DNA of 64,000 nucleotides from an uncultured Candidatus Micrarchaeota archaeon (GTDB lineage Archaea; Micrarchaeota; Micrarchaeia; Micrarchaeales; CABMGC01): NCBI GenBank assembly GCA_963833485.1, contig CAWHXT010000005.1, positions 347,545 to 411,544 of the forward strand, read 5' to 3'. Shown piece by piece: positions 55,550 to 64,000 of this stretch (position 1 is its first letter; each line of letters starts with the position of its first letter). The notes under the pieces were generated by a model. It saw only the letters and a program-made list of their open reading frames with translations, ran no database searches and was not told where the DNA came from. The position numbers and the translations under genes were made by a program.

Positions 55550-56110
55550 TTATCTGAAAAGCTTCCTTTTAAACCATTCTTTTTTACTTTCAGACTCCCT
55601 AAACTGCGAAAAGTACGCATTAAGTACGGGTCCAAACTCAGTTGTCTTTTTTAAGAAGTTCTCAAAGTTCATTTGTTTGACTATGATTTTCTCTCCGGGA
55701 CCAGGGTTTTGTTTCACAAATTTCTTACAATTTCTAGCAACAAATACGTGTGTATAGTAATCAATAACACTAGTAGGTCTCAGTTTCTCTAGCATCTCAA
55801 AGTCGTTCGATTGAAATCCCCCCTCTTCTAATAGTTCCCTCTTTGCAGTCGTTTGAGGACTTTCTTTATCCTCCATCCTTCCCCCGATCAGAGTCATAGA
55901 CTTCCATCCTGGTTCTCTAACATATGCAATTGCTATTCTCCTTCCTATAATTGGTATTATGTGCACAGAATCTTTTCTTTTTACCGTTTCATAATTTGCG
56001 TAACTTCCATCATAGAGTCTTTGTTTCCAAGTATAAACAGTATATAGTCTTCCCCTGTAAACAATTTTAGCATTTTTAGGAATTTTAGCGTATTTTGGCA
56101 TCCGGATCAC
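55550..56110 (-). CDS. Nudix hydrolase
   Basis: The Nudix box is GGRMEDKESPQTTAKRELLEEGGF. Confidence 0.8.
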   Translation of the reverse strand: MIRMPKYAKIPKNAKIVYRGRLYTVYTWKQRLYDGSYANYETVKRKDSVHIIPIIGRRIAIAYVREPGWKSMTLIGGRMEDKESPQTTAKRELLEEGGFQSNDFEMLEKLRPTSVIDYYTHVFVARNCKKFVKQNPGPGEKIIVKQMNFENFLKKTTEFGPVLNAYFSQFRESESKKEWFKRKLFR

Positions 56111-56119
56111 TTATTTCAA

Positions 56120-56776
56120 TCATGAACCTCCGCTATTGCTTATACTTATGTTGTCGTACCAGTTTTGCTGATTCCAATTGGCAATCCACCCATCACTCAG
56201 ACCAAACATAATCGTGACGTTTGTCAGAGAGGAAGTATTGGTGGTGGTTATGTTGTATGTTGCCCAACCAGTATCTGTTTTCCCACCTTTCACAAATATA
56301 TAACGGTACGCTAGCTTCTTGCCGTTGCAGATCCAGACATTAGCGTTTGTGACTACTGAACCTGAATAGCCTGACGCAGCTCTAATATCTACTGATATGT
56401 TCAACTCTTTCCCCGCCTGTTTTTCAATATTCCTATATATAACTCCATCCACCTCAAATCCATCTCCTGAGATAAAAACTGATGGTGCAGGATCGCCTTC
56501 TGTCTTACTAATCCTAGCAGAGTAACCCCCAGCTGGAGTTTTGTTACATATACCAACCGTATCGAACGTACTACCTTTCCATCCATCAAGAGTTCCATTT
56601 TCGAATGTTGAATAAACTATTTTCGGGGGCGGCTTTGAAAGACCAGAAATAGAAGAGGAAATAGTAGAAAAAATAGAGGACTTAGAAGAACTAAAAACCA
56701 GTACAACACTAATTATTATTCCTAAAACTACCCCCAGAATGAATATCTTAGTTTTTCTGTTTGGTTTTGCACTCAC
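56120..56776 (-). CDS. Membrane-anchored extracellular protein with a jelly-roll/CBM-like domain (hypothetical)
   Basis: An N-terminal TM helix followed by a beta-rich domain (GWKGSTFDTVG..., ...WIANWNQQNWYDNISI). Confidence 0.5.
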   Translation of the reverse strand: MSAKPNRKTKIFILGVVLGIIISVVLVFSSSKSSIFSTISSSISGLSKPPPKIVYSTFENGTLDGWKGSTFDTVGICNKTPAGGYSARISKTEGDPAPSVFISGDGFEVDGVIYRNIEKQAGKELNISVDIRAASGYSGSVVTNANVWICNGKKLAYRYIFVKGGKTDTGWATYNITTTNTSSLTNVTIMFGLSDGWIANWNQQNWYDNISISNSGGS

Positions 56777-56974
56777 AGCCTCATCTTAATGTCTTAGTTT
56801 TCTTTTCTTCTTTTATATCCTTTTATATAGATTGCAGTAGCTCCACCCTAGACTCCTTTTTCTTACTTTTGAAATGTATTAATCAATATATACGTTATTC
56901 AGTTATAAATAGCAAATCTAAGGCAGGCATACGCAGGCCTCGGTCGGGAGTCAACACAGCATTGAAAGTCTAAC

Positions 56975-57397
56975 CTATTTGAACTCTTTTATATGTTTCA
57001 GCAGCGGAAGCTTTACTTTTCTAATAAGCTTTTGATCAGCAGTGTAGAGAGTCGCGCCTCTTGATAAAGCAAGGGCTATATATACTGAGTCATAAATGCT
57101 GATATCATATTTTGTTGATAGCCTTATTGCCTCTTCAAGAAGGTCGTGCTCTGGTTGTACTATATTAAAATTAAAATTTAACAAAGCGTTTGCAACAAGG
57201 TTTATTTCTTGCAGGGTAAACCTTTTGGACTTTGAGTATCTGACGCTGTTCAGCACTTCATAAAATAACAAAGAAGGAGCTGCTATTGTGAATGCACCAG
57301 ATACATATAAATTCATCATGTTGAGTGCATCGCCTGTGTACTCTTCCTTGACAAAGAGTTTTACTATAACACTCGCATCAGCTACTATTTGGTCCAT
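56975..57397 (-). CDS. vapC: PIN-domain toxin VapC
   Basis: The N-terminal IVADASVIVKLFVKEE (first acidic residue), DSVYIALA and the 140-aa size fit VapC. Confidence 0.8.
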   Translation of the reverse strand: MDQIVADASVIVKLFVKEEYTGDALNMMNLYVSGAFTIAAPSLLFYEVLNSVRYSKSKRFTLQEINLVANALLNFNFNIVQPEHDLLEEAIRLSTKYDISIYDSVYIALALSRGATLYTADQKLIRKVKLPLLKHIKEFK

Positions 57398-57626
57398 AAC
57401 GCTTATCCCTCCACTCCCTTATTACAGCTGTGGTATCGTGTTTGCTCTTCTTTTGCCCTTCTAGTATCTTGTAGGTAAGCGCAACTGCTAGAGCAAGGTT
57501 CTTCTTTTCCCTAAGCCTCTCATTTATGAACTTCCTTATCTCCGCAGACCAATTCAGTCTGAGTCTTTTCATTTCTTGCTTGGTGGATTTATCCACTTTG
57601 ATTAAGATCTGCCCCTCTTCTCTCAC
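57378..57626 (-). CDS. vapB: VapB-type antitoxin (RHH-like)
   Basis: An 82-aa ORF overlapping vapC by 20 nt. ILIKVDKSTKQEMKRLRLNWSAEIRKFINERL is RHH-like. Confidence 0.65.
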   Translation of the reverse strand: MREEGQILIKVDKSTKQEMKRLRLNWSAEIRKFINERLREKKNLALAVALTYKILEGQKKSKHDTTAVIREWRDKRYGPNSS

Positions 57627-57789
57627 CTTTCCACTTTATATATAATATATATAGTATAGATATATAAACTTATCTCTATAACGTTTTGTATAATATTGAT
57701 ACTAATATCCAATTAGCTTCACCCTAAACTTACTGTGAGTTCAGTTTTAGTCTTCCATTTATAAACTGATACTTAGAAGATATAAAAGT

Positions 57790-58182
57790 ATGCCAAAAAT
57801 CATTGGTGGTTGTATCGTCTTTAGAGGTCAGAAATTTGTTCTTGTAAAACAAAGACGATTATCAGAAGACAAAGGCAAATGGAGCTTTCCTGGAGGAAAT
57901 CTTAACAGAGATGAGAGTATAATCGATGCTGCAAAACGTGAAGTTAAAGAGGAAACAAATCTAAATATCATAATAAAGGGCTTAGTAGGAATTTACAAAC
58001 AGAATGACCTGTTGATTTACATTTTCAAAGCCTCCGCAACAAATGGAAATTTAAAGTATCCAAAAGACGAACTGATGGATGCCAGATGGTTTACCATAAA
58101 AGAATTCTCGAAATTGAAAGATAGCGAACTTAGAGGAATTCTTATGCGGCAAGCAATAAAGGATTGCAATAAAGTAAAGTAA
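57790..58182 (+). CDS. Nudix hydrolase
   Basis: The Nudix box is GGNLNRDESIIDAAKREVKEETNL. Confidence 0.8.
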   Translation: MPKIIGGCIVFRGQKFVLVKQRRLSEDKGKWSFPGGNLNRDESIIDAAKREVKEETNLNIIIKGLVGIYKQNDLLIYIFKASATNGNLKYPKDELMDARWFTIKEFSKLKDSELRGILMRQAIKDCNKVK

Positions 58183-58202
58183 AACAGAACAGGCATACTT
58201 AC

Positions 58203-58275
58203 TAGCTCCACCCAGATTCGAACTGGGGTCCGCAGGTCCAGAGCCTGCTATCCTTGACCACTAGACGATGGAGCT
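58203..58275 (-). tRNA. tRNA-Gln (anticodon CUG)
   Basis: Hand fold: acceptor AGCTCCA/TGGAGCT (A1-U72, typical of archaeal tRNA-Gln), anticodon stem GCAGG/CCTGC with loop CTCTGGA, and T-arm CCCAG-TTCGAAT-CTGGG. Confidence 0.85.
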
Positions 58276-58348
58276 ACAGTAATACAGTTTATAATTCACA
58301 CTTTATTAACTTTTCCAGTGCAATTACTCTATCTTGTGTTGATTCAGC

Positions 58349-59113
58349 ATGCGCATGCCAAAAAGAGTCAGTGAAATATACTCTGCTGAGGTACCAGACA
58401 TCGTCCTAGCCGTAGCAGCGGTTACCCTTGGATTCGCGATATACATATTCAACATAATACACTCACTTACCCCTATTCCAAATCCAGTTGCCTCATTCCT
58501 GTATCTTGCATCGATCACGCTCGTAAGCGCGCTCCTTACCTTCATACTGCACGAAATGATGCACAAGTTTACTGCGCAGCGATTCGGCTACGTGGCAGCT
58601 TTCAAGGCCTCTACTTTTGGACTCTTCCTTACGTTGATAAGCGGCTTCCTAGGTTTCCTTATGATCATACCAGGAGCGACTATGATATACACAAACACCA
58701 TCTCAAAAAAAGAGAACGGCTACATATCCCTTGCTGGCCCAGCGACAAACTTTGTCATATTTCTCGTATTCGCCTTGCTCTTCTTTTGGATATCTGGGGG
58801 ACAGTATCCACACAACATCTTTTCTGTGTCATATTTCACCAACTTCTTCACACAGCACTCATATTTCTACAACCTTGCCAGCTTCGTGATGTTCATCAAC
58901 CTTTACGTAGCATTCTTCAACATGCTCCCGCTCTACCCTCTTGACGGCAGCAAGGTGTTTAGATGGAACAAAGGGATTTATATAATTTCCATGGCTATAC
59001 TGCTTATACTTCTAGCTAGCATCATAGGAGTAGGGAATCTTTTAGCAAGCTTACTGATATCGTTCATCTTCATAATGATCTTCTCCCTATTCTATAGGCG
59101 CATACTCTTCTGA
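58349..59113 (+). CDS. Site-2 protease-like (M50 family) intramembrane zinc metalloprotease
   Basis: LHEMMHKF (HExxH) and NMLPLYPLDGSKV in a multi-TM protein. Confidence 0.78.
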   Translation: MRMPKRVSEIYSAEVPDIVLAVAAVTLGFAIYIFNIIHSLTPIPNPVASFLYLASITLVSALLTFILHEMMHKFTAQRFGYVAAFKASTFGLFLTLISGFLGFLMIIPGATMIYTNTISKKENGYISLAGPATNFVIFLVFALLFFWISGGQYPHNIFSVSYFTNFFTQHSYFYNLASFVMFINLYVAFFNMLPLYPLDGSKVFRWNKGIYIISMAILLILLASIIGVGNLLASLLISFIFIMIFSLFYRRILF

Positions 59114-59170
59114 CCTAAGATTTAGATAGACTTTTTATATTTTAAAGCAGCATAGATAGGTGGAAAAAAT

Positions 59171-61333
59171 ATGCCAAACAACATAGAATTAACTGTCGCG
59201 GATGCGCTCGTTACAGACTCTGGTAGAGGTATCGCTAGGATAGATTCGAAGTCCAGGAAGCTGCTTGATGTTGTATCTGGAGACATTATAGAAATAAAGG
59301 GCAAGAACAAGTCCTCAGCTGCAATAGTCTGGCAGGCACACCCTAGCGATGAGGGACTTAGCTTCATAAGGATAGACGGCTACTTAAGGCAGAATGTTGG
59401 CGCAGGGATAGGAGACAAGATAATAATCAGCAAGACGGAGGTGAAGGACGCTGAGAAGGTGATTATAGCACCTCCTATTGGCCAGAAGCCGCCTCTTTCG
59501 CCAGATTTCTCAGAGTATGCTAAGAGGAAATGGGAAAACAAGCCACTCGTTAAGGGAGACATAATACCAATACCGATGTTCGGCATAGTCTTCAACTTCA
59601 TAGTTATCCAGATAATGCCTCACGGCATAGTGAGGGTCACTAAGAACACGAACTTTATCGTGAAGGAGGAGCCAGTTCCGGAATCGATAGTCAAGATAGG
59701 AAAGGTTCACTACGAGGACATTGGCGGGTTGAAAAGCGAGATCCAGAAGATAAGGGAGATGGTGGAGCTTCCGATAAGGCACCCTGAGCTTTTTGAGAGG
59801 CTAGGGATAGAATCCCCGAAGGGAGTGCTGCTATACGGAGCACCTGGAACGGGGAAGACGCTACTTGCAAAGGCAGTCGCGAATGAGAGCGACGTGGCCA
59901 ACTTCATTCCAATATCAGGGCCTGAGCTTGTGAGCAAGTTCGTTGGTGAGAGTGAAGAGAAACTCAGAGAGATATTCAAGGAGGCTAACGAGAAGGCACC
60001 CACCATAATATTCATGGACGAGATAGACGCCATCGCCCCAAAGAGGGAGGAGGCTACTAACGAGGTGGAACGAAGGATGGTGTCGCAGCTTCTCACCCTG
60101 ATGGACGGAATGTCAGTGAGAGGTCAGGTGATAGTCCTAGCGACAACAAACAGGATTGACGCTGTGGATCCCGCGCTTAGAAGGCCAGGCAGGTTCGACA
60201 AGGAGATAGAGATAGGCGTCCCGAACAGAGAAGCAAGAAAGGAAATATTGCAAATCCACACAAGGGACGTCCCACTTGAAAAGGACGTGAACATCGACGA
60301 GCTAGCCGACATAACCCACGGATACACCGGTGCAGACATCAACGCGTTAGTGAGAGAAGCCGCAATGTCAAAGCTCAGGTCGATACTTCCGAAGATCAAC
60401 CTTGACAAAGAGTTCATTCCGAATGAGATACTTATGAATCTGACAGTGGAAAGGGCAAATTTCATAGAGGCTTTGAAGGATATAAGGCCTAGCGCGCTCA
60501 GAGAGGTGTTTGTTGAGAGGCCAAATGTCCACTGGAGTGACGTGGGTGGATTAGAAAAAGTGAAGGCGGAACTCAAAGAGATAGTCGAAGCGCCAATCAA
60601 GATGGCCGATCAGCTTGCGAAAATGGGAATTAGACCAATAAAAGGCGTGCTACTTGTTGGTCCGCCTGGAACCGGCAAGACCCTGCTCGCCAAAGCGGTT
60701 GCAACCGAAAGAGAGGCAAACTTCATAACGATAAAGGGGCCAGAGGTGCTCAACAAGTTTGTAGGAGAAAGCGAGAAGACGGTCAGGGAGCTGTTCAGAA
60801 AGGCCAGGCTCGCCGCACCATGTATAATATTCATAGACGAGATAGACGCGATTGCGGGTTCGAGAGGTGGAGGAGAGTATGACTCCAGAGTTGGCGAAAG
60901 GGTTGTAGATACGCTGCTTATAGAAATGGACGGCCTGCAGGAATTGAAGAACGTGCTGGTTTTGGCAGCTTCCAATAGGCCGGACATCATAGACCCAGCG
61001 CTTCTGAGACCGGGAAGGTTCGACAAAATCGTTGAAATTCCGATGCCTGATCCAGAGACAAGGCTGAAGATCTTCGAGGTGCACACGAAGCGCATGCCTC
61101 TTGACAAGAGCGTCAACCTTGTTGACATGGCGAACTCAACCGACGGCTACACAGGCGCAGAGATAGAAAACCTGTGCAGGGAGGCAGGCATGAACGCGAT
61201 AAGGAATAAGAGGGACGTGGTGAAAGGAGAGGACTTCCGTAAGGCATTCGATGAGGTAAAGCCCACCATACCGAAGGAGGTTGCTGAGAGGATAAGGCGC
61301 TTTAAGGACGAGCCCACCACAATGTATCGTTAA
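59171..61333 (+). CDS. cdc48: CDC48/VCP-type AAA+ ATPase (two AAA domains + N-domain)
   Basis: The N-domain has GRGIARID...GDIIEIKG. There are two Walker A motifs ([15 protein letters not shown]; [15 protein letters not shown]) and two DEID Walker B motifs. The protein is 720 aa. Confidence 0.95.
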   Translation: MPNNIELTVADALVTDSGRGIARIDSKSRKLLDVVSGDIIEIKGKNKSSAAIVWQAHPSDEGLSFIRIDGYLRQNVGAGIGDKIIISKTEVKDAEKVIIAPPIGQKPPLSPDFSEYAKRKWENKPLVKGDIIPIPMFGIVFNFIVIQIMPHGIVRVTKNTNFIVKEEPVPESIVKIGKVHYEDIGGLKSEIQKIREMVELPIRHPELFERLGIESPKGVLLYGAPGTGKTLLAKAVANESDVANFIPISGPELVSKFVGESEEKLREIFKEANEKAPTIIFMDEIDAIAPKREEATNEVERRMVSQLLTLMDGMSVRGQVIVLATTNRIDAVDPALRRPGRFDKEIEIGVPNREARKEILQIHTRDVPLEKDVNIDELADITHGYTGADINALVREAAMSKLRSILPKINLDKEFIPNEILMNLTVERANFIEALKDIRPSALREVFVERPNVHWSDVGGLEKVKAELKEIVEAPIKMADQLAKMGIRPIKGVLLVGPPGTGKTLLAKAVATEREANFITIKGPEVLNKFVGESEKTVRELFRKARLAAPCIIFIDEIDAIAGSRGGGEYDSRVGERVVDTLLIEMDGLQELKNVLVLAASNRPDIIDPALLRPGRFDKIVEIPMPDPETRLKIFEVHTKRMPLDKSVNLVDMANSTDGYTGAEIENLCREAGMNAIRNKRDVVKGEDFRKAFDEVKPTIPKEVAERIRRFKDEPTTMYR

Positions 61334-61355
61334 AAACTAAAGATTTCACTAATTT

Positions 61356-62297
61356 TTACATATTTGTAGTTATAGCCCTAGATTGGACTATCCACAGATT
61401 TCCTTTTCTAATGCACCATTCAATGTCCTGTGGCCTTCCAAATACCTTCTCGATTTTTATGCACTCTTTAGCTATGCGCCCCACAGTCTGATTATCAAGA
61501 CAATATTTCTTAGTCACGACACTGCCTTGTGGCAAGTGCACAGCGTGTTTTGCTTTGATGCTGTAAATCATCTTCTTAGTTCCTAGAACACGTTTGCTTA
61601 CCTTACCCTTGCTTTTTTCGAATACGTAATAATCAGGAGTAACTGAGCCAGATACCAAAGTCTCCCCAAGACCTATAGCCGCCTCTATTATCACCTTGTC
61701 TCTATCACCAGAAATCGGATCTGCAGTGAAGGTAACCCCAGCAACATCCGCATTTATCATATTCTGTACCACAACTGCGATGCTTGGCATACCCTTTATC
61801 CTATGCTCTTTTCTGTAAGCTATCGCCCTCTTATTCATGAGCGACGCCCAGCATCTTTTTATGTGCGTCGAAACATCTTTCACATCTGCGTTCACTCCAA
61901 GGAAAGTGTCATGCATTCCAGCAAAAGACGTTTTCAGCGAATCTTCACCTATAGCTGAAGACCTGACTACCACACGTGTAGCATTTAGAGAAGATAAACA
62001 CCTCTTTATTGCAGAAGTCAGATCAGCATCAAATTTCATAGAGATTATTCGTTTCCTTGACTCCTTGAGGATTCTTTCAAGCTCGGCACCATTTGCTTCC
62101 TTTACCTTTGAAATCATCCCACTGAGCCCGTTTTTCTCTACTAGCTTCAGAAATGCCTTCGAGCTGATCACGAAACCATTCGGAACGTTGAATCCTCTCT
62201 TGTAAAGGTAAATCAATGAAGACCCCTTTCCCCCAAACTCCAACTTTGGTGATGCGTTAGTTTTTGTAAATGGAACAACGAAATTTGTCATCGTCAT
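61356..62297 (-). CDS. PEP/pyruvate-binding (PPDK_N, ATP-grasp) domain protein, stand-alone
   Basis: FGGKGSSLIYLYKRGFNVPNGFVIS and VVRSSAIGEDSLKTSFAGMHDTFLGV. ATGA overlap with the upstream gene. Confidence 0.82.
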   Translation of the reverse strand: MTMTNFVVPFTKTNASPKLEFGGKGSSLIYLYKRGFNVPNGFVISSKAFLKLVEKNGLSGMISKVKEANGAELERILKESRKRIISMKFDADLTSAIKRCLSSLNATRVVVRSSAIGEDSLKTSFAGMHDTFLGVNADVKDVSTHIKRCWASLMNKRAIAYRKEHRIKGMPSIAVVVQNMINADVAGVTFTADPISGDRDKVIIEAAIGLGETLVSGSVTPDYYVFEKSKGKVSKRVLGTKKMIYSIKAKHAVHLPQGSVVTKKYCLDNQTVGRIAKECIKIEKVFGRPQDIEWCIRKGNLWIVQSRAITTNM

Positions 62298-62644
62298 TTT
62301 ATCACTTCATATATCACTCCGTTGCTTTTACTCGCATCAACTTTGATCATCTCTCCGTCCTTTATCATTTTTGTAGCTTTTTCAGTGCCTATTATACAAG
62401 GAACGCCAAGCTCACGGCTTACTATCGCAGCATGGCAAGTAAATCCTCCCTCATCAGTTATTATTGCAGCTGCTCTGTGAAGAAAAATCATGTAGTCTGG
62501 AGTGGTCATCTTCGTCACCAATATCTCTCCTTTCTTCAGGGTATTGCCCTCTTCAGGACTGAGTACGACTCTTGCTTTTCCTACAACTACCCCTTTCGAT
62601 GCAGTTCTTCCTTTTACTATCATTTTAAAAGGCATCAGTTTCAC
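62294..62644 (-). CDS. PEP-utilising enzyme mobile (swivelling phosphohistidine) domain protein, stand-alone
   Basis: GKARVVLSPEEGNTLKKGEILVTKMTTPDYMIFLHRAAAIITDEGGFTCHAAIVSRELGVPCIIG carries the catalytic His in TCHAAIV. Confidence 0.85.
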   Translation of the reverse strand: MKLMPFKMIVKGRTASKGVVVGKARVVLSPEEGNTLKKGEILVTKMTTPDYMIFLHRAAAIITDEGGFTCHAAIVSRELGVPCIIGTEKATKMIKDGEMIKVDASKSNGVIYEVIK

Positions 62645-63798
62645 CTTGCTTTAATGCAATCTTTCTTGTACTTCTCTGCTTTAGTACCTGAAATTACTTT
62701 GGTCACTTCATTGTTCCTCATGCTAAACGCAAAGGCCTGCATTCTTTTCTCTATTTCTTTCTTGTTGCACTGTCCTCCTCTATCTAGAAGATCTTCCAAT
62801 TCCAGATGCGTCAGGTACTTTATCTCTTCGGATGTTATCCCCAGACGCAGAGCAAGCTCATCGAACAGGTTTCTAGTGTAGAAAAACGCCTTTCCGAACG
62901 CATCCATCCTATAAGTTCTAAGGAAGATATACTGCTGGAGTGCTTTTATGTACATTAAAATGTCTGCTGGTATTTTCATCTTAGAGAGAAGAGCCGTCAT
63001 CTCATCAACTTGCTCTTTCCTTCTCCTTCTTATATTTTCGAGCTGTTCCTCTGGATCCGCCCCTCCAGCAATGAGGCTCGTCAACTCGATTATAACATGA
63101 TTTTCGTCCTGTGCTGGATTCGACATAGAAACCATCGGCACCCACGCGTAGTCCTCCAGATACTTACTTATCATTCTCTTAATTCTAAGAGGCATTACTA
63201 AAGTGTTTGAATCATCCTTCTGCTTATCAATCATCTTTCTTAACTTTGGAGTTTTCATTATCACTGTAGCTATTTTAAGCAATTCTTCCTGTGCTTTGCT
63301 TGAGTCTGCAGGCAGGCTTGGTACGGCCATTCTTGTAAGGAACTCTTGCGCAGCTTCCTTGTCCTTCATATTCTCCTTAGCCCACTGCAATATTAAGTTA
63401 GAAAGGGTTGACTGTAGCGCATGAGGAAGCATCATGTATCTCGCAGAGTTAATATAACGGTTCACGAATTCAGCGAACCTCCACCTGAGCTCGTATGTCG
63501 TCTTCTCATGTAAATTTTCACTTCCTATCTTAGCTGCATAACTCACAAGCTCTTCAGCCACATTCTGGTTGTCTATTGCTAGTGTAAGTAGGTATGTTGG
63601 ATCTTCCTTGCTCTTTCCCACAGCTTCCTTACCTTCCTTCTTCAACTCTTCAGAGTTTACCCACGCCGAAATCCCAGACTTGCCTTCTGGAAGAACGTCA
63701 AAATAAGTGTATCCCTCATGCCTATTCCCAATCATGTTCGCATAAACCTGAAATGTTGGGAACCTTCTTGTTACAAAGTTGAAAGGTTTTATTTCCAT
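62641..63798 (-). CDS. Helical protein of unknown function, first gene of the three-gene dikinase-like operon (candidate substrate-binding module)
   Basis: 385-aa ORF, translationally coupled (GTGA overlap) to the swivel-domain gene. I recognise no motif. Confidence 0.55.
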   Translation of the reverse strand: MEIKPFNFVTRRFPTFQVYANMIGNRHEGYTYFDVLPEGKSGISAWVNSEELKKEGKEAVGKSKEDPTYLLTLAIDNQNVAEELVSYAAKIGSENLHEKTTYELRWRFAEFVNRYINSARYMMLPHALQSTLSNLILQWAKENMKDKEAAQEFLTRMAVPSLPADSSKAQEELLKIATVIMKTPKLRKMIDKQKDDSNTLVMPLRIKRMISKYLEDYAWVPMVSMSNPAQDENHVIIELTSLIAGGADPEEQLENIRRRRKEQVDEMTALLSKMKIPADILMYIKALQQYIFLRTYRMDAFGKAFFYTRNLFDELALRLGITSEEIKYLTHLELEDLLDRGGQCNKKEIEKRMQAFAFSMRNNEVTKVISGTKAEKYKKDCIKAR

Positions 63799-63881
63799 CT
63801 TTATCTACTCCAAGATGTTTATCTCAGTATATATTAGGGCAGAAGTAGTATTAAAGAACTATTAATAGCTATAAAAGACTA

Positions 63882-64000
63882 ATGACATATATAGAGAATC
63901 TTCAGAGTGCTGGCCTGAGCTTATACGAGGCTAAAGCTTACTACACCCTTATCGTATATGGGGAGCAATCTGGGAGAAATATTGCTGAACTATCTGGAGT
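63882..64000 (+). CDS. TrmB-family transcriptional regulator, N-terminal wHTH only (partial, runs off the window)
   Basis: My translation is MTYIENLQSAGLSLYEAKAYYTLIVYGEQSGRNIAELSG, the typical TrmB N-terminus. It is divergent from the dikinase-like operon. Confidence 0.7.
   Translation, partial: MTYIENLQSAGLSLYEAKAYYTLIVYGEQSGRNIAELSG

Noticed and set aside
59122-61128. Reverse-strand ORFs inside the CDC48 gene (59122..59367, 59380..59601, 59710..60096, 60124..60600, 60610..61128 and others).
   Set aside because: They are antisense to a 720-aa AAA+ ATPase with two complete Walker A/B sets, and their composition is low-complexity Ser/Leu.
1-64000. I looked for CRISPR arrays, rRNA genes, IS elements/transposases, integrases and long (>50 bp) exact dispersed repeats.
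   Set aside because: None was recognised by reading. The only clear nucleotide repeat is the rtcB 3'-end pair. A computational repeat search could still find short or diverged repeats that I missed.

Overview
This is an AT-rich archaeal chromosome segment. The archaeal hallmarks are fibrillarin, Trm1, a class-I CCA-adding enzyme, RtcB plus archease, CDC48, an archaeosortase-like protein, an A1-U72 tRNA-Gln, TATA-like boxes about 25-30 nt upstream of tRNA genes, and tRNA introns at non-canonical positions. The content suggests a small-genome, possibly DPANN/Micrarchaeota-like or Thermoplasmata-like lineage, but taxonomy cannot be fixed from this window. I call about 65 protein genes and 5 tRNAs: Leu-CAA with a putative 13-nt T-loop intron, Ala-CGC, Ile-GAU with a ~39-nt D-arm intron, Cys-GCA and Gln-CUG. 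I saw no rRNA, CRISPR array, transposase or integrase. The outstanding region is 35.7-50.5 kb, an Epd/Tad-like type IV pilus locus made of two convergent operons. The + operon encodes five proteins that all begin with class-III (prepilin-like) signal peptides. Three of them are giant (718 to 1153 aa) multi-LamG and beta-propeller proteins. The - operon encodes two separate T2SS-F platform proteins, a FlaI/VirB11-type ATPase, an acidic protein and a wHTH/coiled-coil protein. Other notable items: an rtcB gene carrying a 501-aa LAGLIDADG intein; a 960-bp insert flanked by a duplicated rtcB 3' end; a split and permuted three-gene PEP-synthase/RPH-like dikinase; a CBS-HPF-like fusion overlapping the first pilin gene; a Nudix-UDG fusion; a quinone (MenA/UbiE/polyprenyl synthase/Rieske) cluster; a K+ channel/RCK trio; and a VapBC pair. 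At least seven genes are interrupted by single-base frameshifts, mostly at homopolymers. This points to assembly error, gene decay or recoding, and I cannot distinguish these here.
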